A stretch of 63,944 bases of DNA, counting the filler, from Craspedostauros australis (Eukaryota), in NCBI GenBank assembly GCA_030167865.1. It is 15 parts of 15 records of this genome, joined end to end, with 100 filler letters (N's around TTAATTAATTAA, not from the genome) between each part and the next. Parts side by side here need not be neighbours in the genome. Positions count along the whole stretch, not along the records: positions 58,746 to 62,155 come from JALAGF010000467.1; positions 62,256 to 63,944 come from JALAGF010000468.1; 13 more parts are not named here. One strand, given 5' to 3'. Position numbers and translations under genes: made by a program. This document shows, piece after piece, positions 61,895 through 63,944 of this stretch. The notes beneath the pieces were generated by a model. The model was given only the letters and a program-made list of their open reading frames with translations. It was not told the origin of the DNA and did not search any database. Position 1 is the stretch's first letter; every line of letters begins with the position of its first letter.

Positions 61895-62155
61895 TCAGTC
61901 GCCGTTTGTGGCATGTGTGCGAAAGCACGTGCGGGCGTCACCTTGTTTGGAAACTTCGGGGCAGCACCACACGAGCGTCCCGGGTGCAGTTGATGGACAA
62001 TGTTCGCAGATGAAGACAACCAGCTTGTTGCAGACGATACATCTTCCTCGAGCAGATCTCTGTCCTCGCCTCAAACGCCCTTTGCTGTCCTTGTACACAT
62101 TTGGCAGCTGTTTCTGCGCTTTTGCAAGGCGATGGTTGCCGATTTGGTATGGTGA
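61895..62155 (-). mobile_element. piggyBac-like transposase C-terminal cysteine-rich domain (5' part lost in gap)
   Basis: RGRCIVC...FICEHC...VWCC...RTCFRTH immediately before the stop codon. Confidence 0.6.
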
Positions 62156-63035
62156 NNNNNNNNNNNNNNNNNNNNNNNNNNNNNNNNNNNNNNNNNNNNT
62201 TAATTAATTAANNNNNNNNNNNNNNNNNNNNNNNNNNNNNNNNNNNNNNNNNNNNCGATGATAGAGTGCAATGAGCAATGCGAATGCAAGTATCGACGCG
62301 CTCCAAACCCACTCCATCCTCTGATACCCGTGTGTATGTTTCTCTCACACCTTGTCTTTCCATCGTAGCCACAGCCACACGCATGATCACACACATGATC
62401 ACACACATGGCCACAATCACGATCATAGAGAGCGTGGCGTTGACTCCATCGTGCTCATCCATCGTGCTCATTCATCGCATTGCCGCCCATGTAATGTTTC
62501 TGTGACGCTTCATTCGTTTTGTCACTTGCGATGACCGTTATTCATGTTCGTTTATATCAAATGTATATATACCTTGCCTTCCACATATTCATTCGATTCA
62601 TCTGATCATTTGAGAATGCACATATACTCCTATAATAATATATCTGCCGCAACGACCAATCACGTCCGTTAATTCAATCAAATATACAAAACGGACACAT
62701 CATCATGTAACGAATATCTACTTTTATCATGCAAATACTTCGTCTGTACCTACCACCCACCCATCTCATCAACAAGATACCAAACCGATCCAATCACCCA
62801 AACACATCACATCCAACACAGAACCACAGAACCATTCGGATACGCACTGCCACAACGCGAGCAACTGTGCTCCACGCCCTCCTCAGAAGATGGAGCTGAA
62901 ACATCCATACGAGTACGACTCAGAACATCATCATCACCACCAACAGCGACTGACACGAGAACAACGACGGGAACGACCACACGTCACGACGTCACAGTGT
63001 CACGACGTCACGAAGGAGGAAGTGACGACAGCGAC

Positions 63036-63944
63036 ATGAACACTGGCGATGCTGACTGGGATGACCTGTGCCTTGACCCCTTCCAAGACTGCATCGAACG
63101 AGGCAACAAGGAGGGAAGAGAAGCGGGCTTGCGGGCTGGTTTCCAGGAGGGTGTGGCACTTGGCAGACGGAAGGGTGTTGAGTACGGAGTGGAACTCGGT
63201 TACATCCGAGGGTTTGCTGATGAGGTACAATCCATCCTTGATGGATCGACCGGGGCCAATGTTGGCACCAAGAACGAAGACGTAGGTGTGAGCACTGCGA
63301 GTGTCGTGGATGGGAACGAGTCTGCGAATGACACCATGCTGCCACCAACATCATCGTCGCCATCGTCGCCATCGATGGCAGCAGCAGCATGGCCCACGCC
63401 ATCACGATTGCAGCAGCATCATCAGCCACAGGCAACGCCGCATCCACCACGCGTGATCCATTCGATATGGAACGCGACCAAGCAAGAAAAGATCTCACGA
63501 GATCTGCGACAGCTGCATGCGGCCTTGGATGATTTCGAATCGGTGGATAATCTCTTCCGATCAGCTGCTGGCAGCGACTACAACGCTCTGCCGCTCCATA
63601 GTCGAGATCTAAACAAGGTGGGAGACAAGGTGGGAGACAAGGTTGGAGAAGGCAGCAGCGGCCAAAGGCAAAGTCATGCTCGAACCCACCAGCAGGAACA
63701 CGATGATGGTGAAGAAACATCATTAATGGTGGTGGGAGCGGATGAGACGGGAGCTTCTGTGCCGACTCCACAGCCGCCGTCCAATGCGATTGATGTCATC
63801 CACAAGATGCAACGCATCCGGGCGAGATTCAAGTTGCTGACGGTTCATCTGGGACTGAGCCGAGTAACTTTGAAGGATGTGATGGATCAGGCATCGTTGC
63901 ACAAGGCAACGGGAGGCTCTGTCAGTCCCACTGGCACGCACGCA
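63036..63944 (+). CDS. LTO1: LTO1/ORAOV1-like protein (Yae1_N domain), runs off window end
   Basis: Manual translation: GNKEGREAGLRAGFQEGVALGRRKGVEYGVELGYIRGF (GX3 repeats) and DVIHKMQRIRARFKLL. Absent from the ORF track because no stop is in the window. Confidence 0.82.
   Translation, partial: MNTGDADWDDLCLDPFQDCIERGNKEGREAGLRAGFQEGVALGRRKGVEYGVELGYIRGFADEVQSILDGSTGANVGTKNEDVGVSTASVVDGNESANDTMLPPTSSSPSSPSMAAAAWPTPSRLQQHHQPQATPHPPRVIHSIWNATKQEKISRDLRQLHAALDDFESVDNLFRSAAGSDYNALPLHSRDLNKVGDKVGDKVGEGSSGQRQSHARTHQQEHDDGEETSLMVVGADETGASVPTPQPPSNAIDVIHKMQRIRARFKLLTVHLGLSRVTLKDVMDQASLHKATGGSVSPTGTHA

Noticed and set aside
2524..62211. Recurrent TTAATTAATTAA as a biological repeat or piggyBac site
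   Set aside because: Always centred in a 100-nt N run, so it is an assembly linker.
1..63944. CRISPR array, rRNA or prokaryotic operon
   Set aside because: No regularly spaced repeat-spacer array or rRNA-like sequence was seen, and genes have spliceosomal introns.

Overview
Eukaryotic, most likely diatom, nuclear DNA (inferred from DUF6824 genes, a PEPC with a signal peptide, CoDi-like copia proteins and short GT-AG introns). The window is not continuous: 15 contigs are joined by 14 artificial 100-nt N spacers carrying TTAATTAATTAA. The one long gene-rich contig (6175-27035) holds two tandem CRAL-TRIO-like/DUF6824 paralogues, a SWEET transporter, a large RRM protein, mitochondrial ribosomal protein L1, PEP carboxylase and a decayed Snf7/CHMP7-like gene. 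Other host genes are an MBOAT acyltransferase, an ankyrin protein, LTO1/ORAOV1 and a decayed PCMT-domain gene. The rest is mostly transposons: at least four Ty1/copia families (called A-D here), solo and nested LTRs, a PIF/Harbinger transposase remnant, a piggyBac C-terminus, CACTA-type termini and a tRNA-like/SINE-like unit. The strongest lead is copia family D, which can be rebuilt from two overlapping contigs. Its intact gag and pol are separated by one in-frame UGA followed by a stem-loop (candidate programmed readthrough), its LTR appears to begin CA instead of TG, and it has a chromodomain-like segment after the integrase. The second lead is a CACTA-ended element that appears to carry an intron-containing host PCMT gene.
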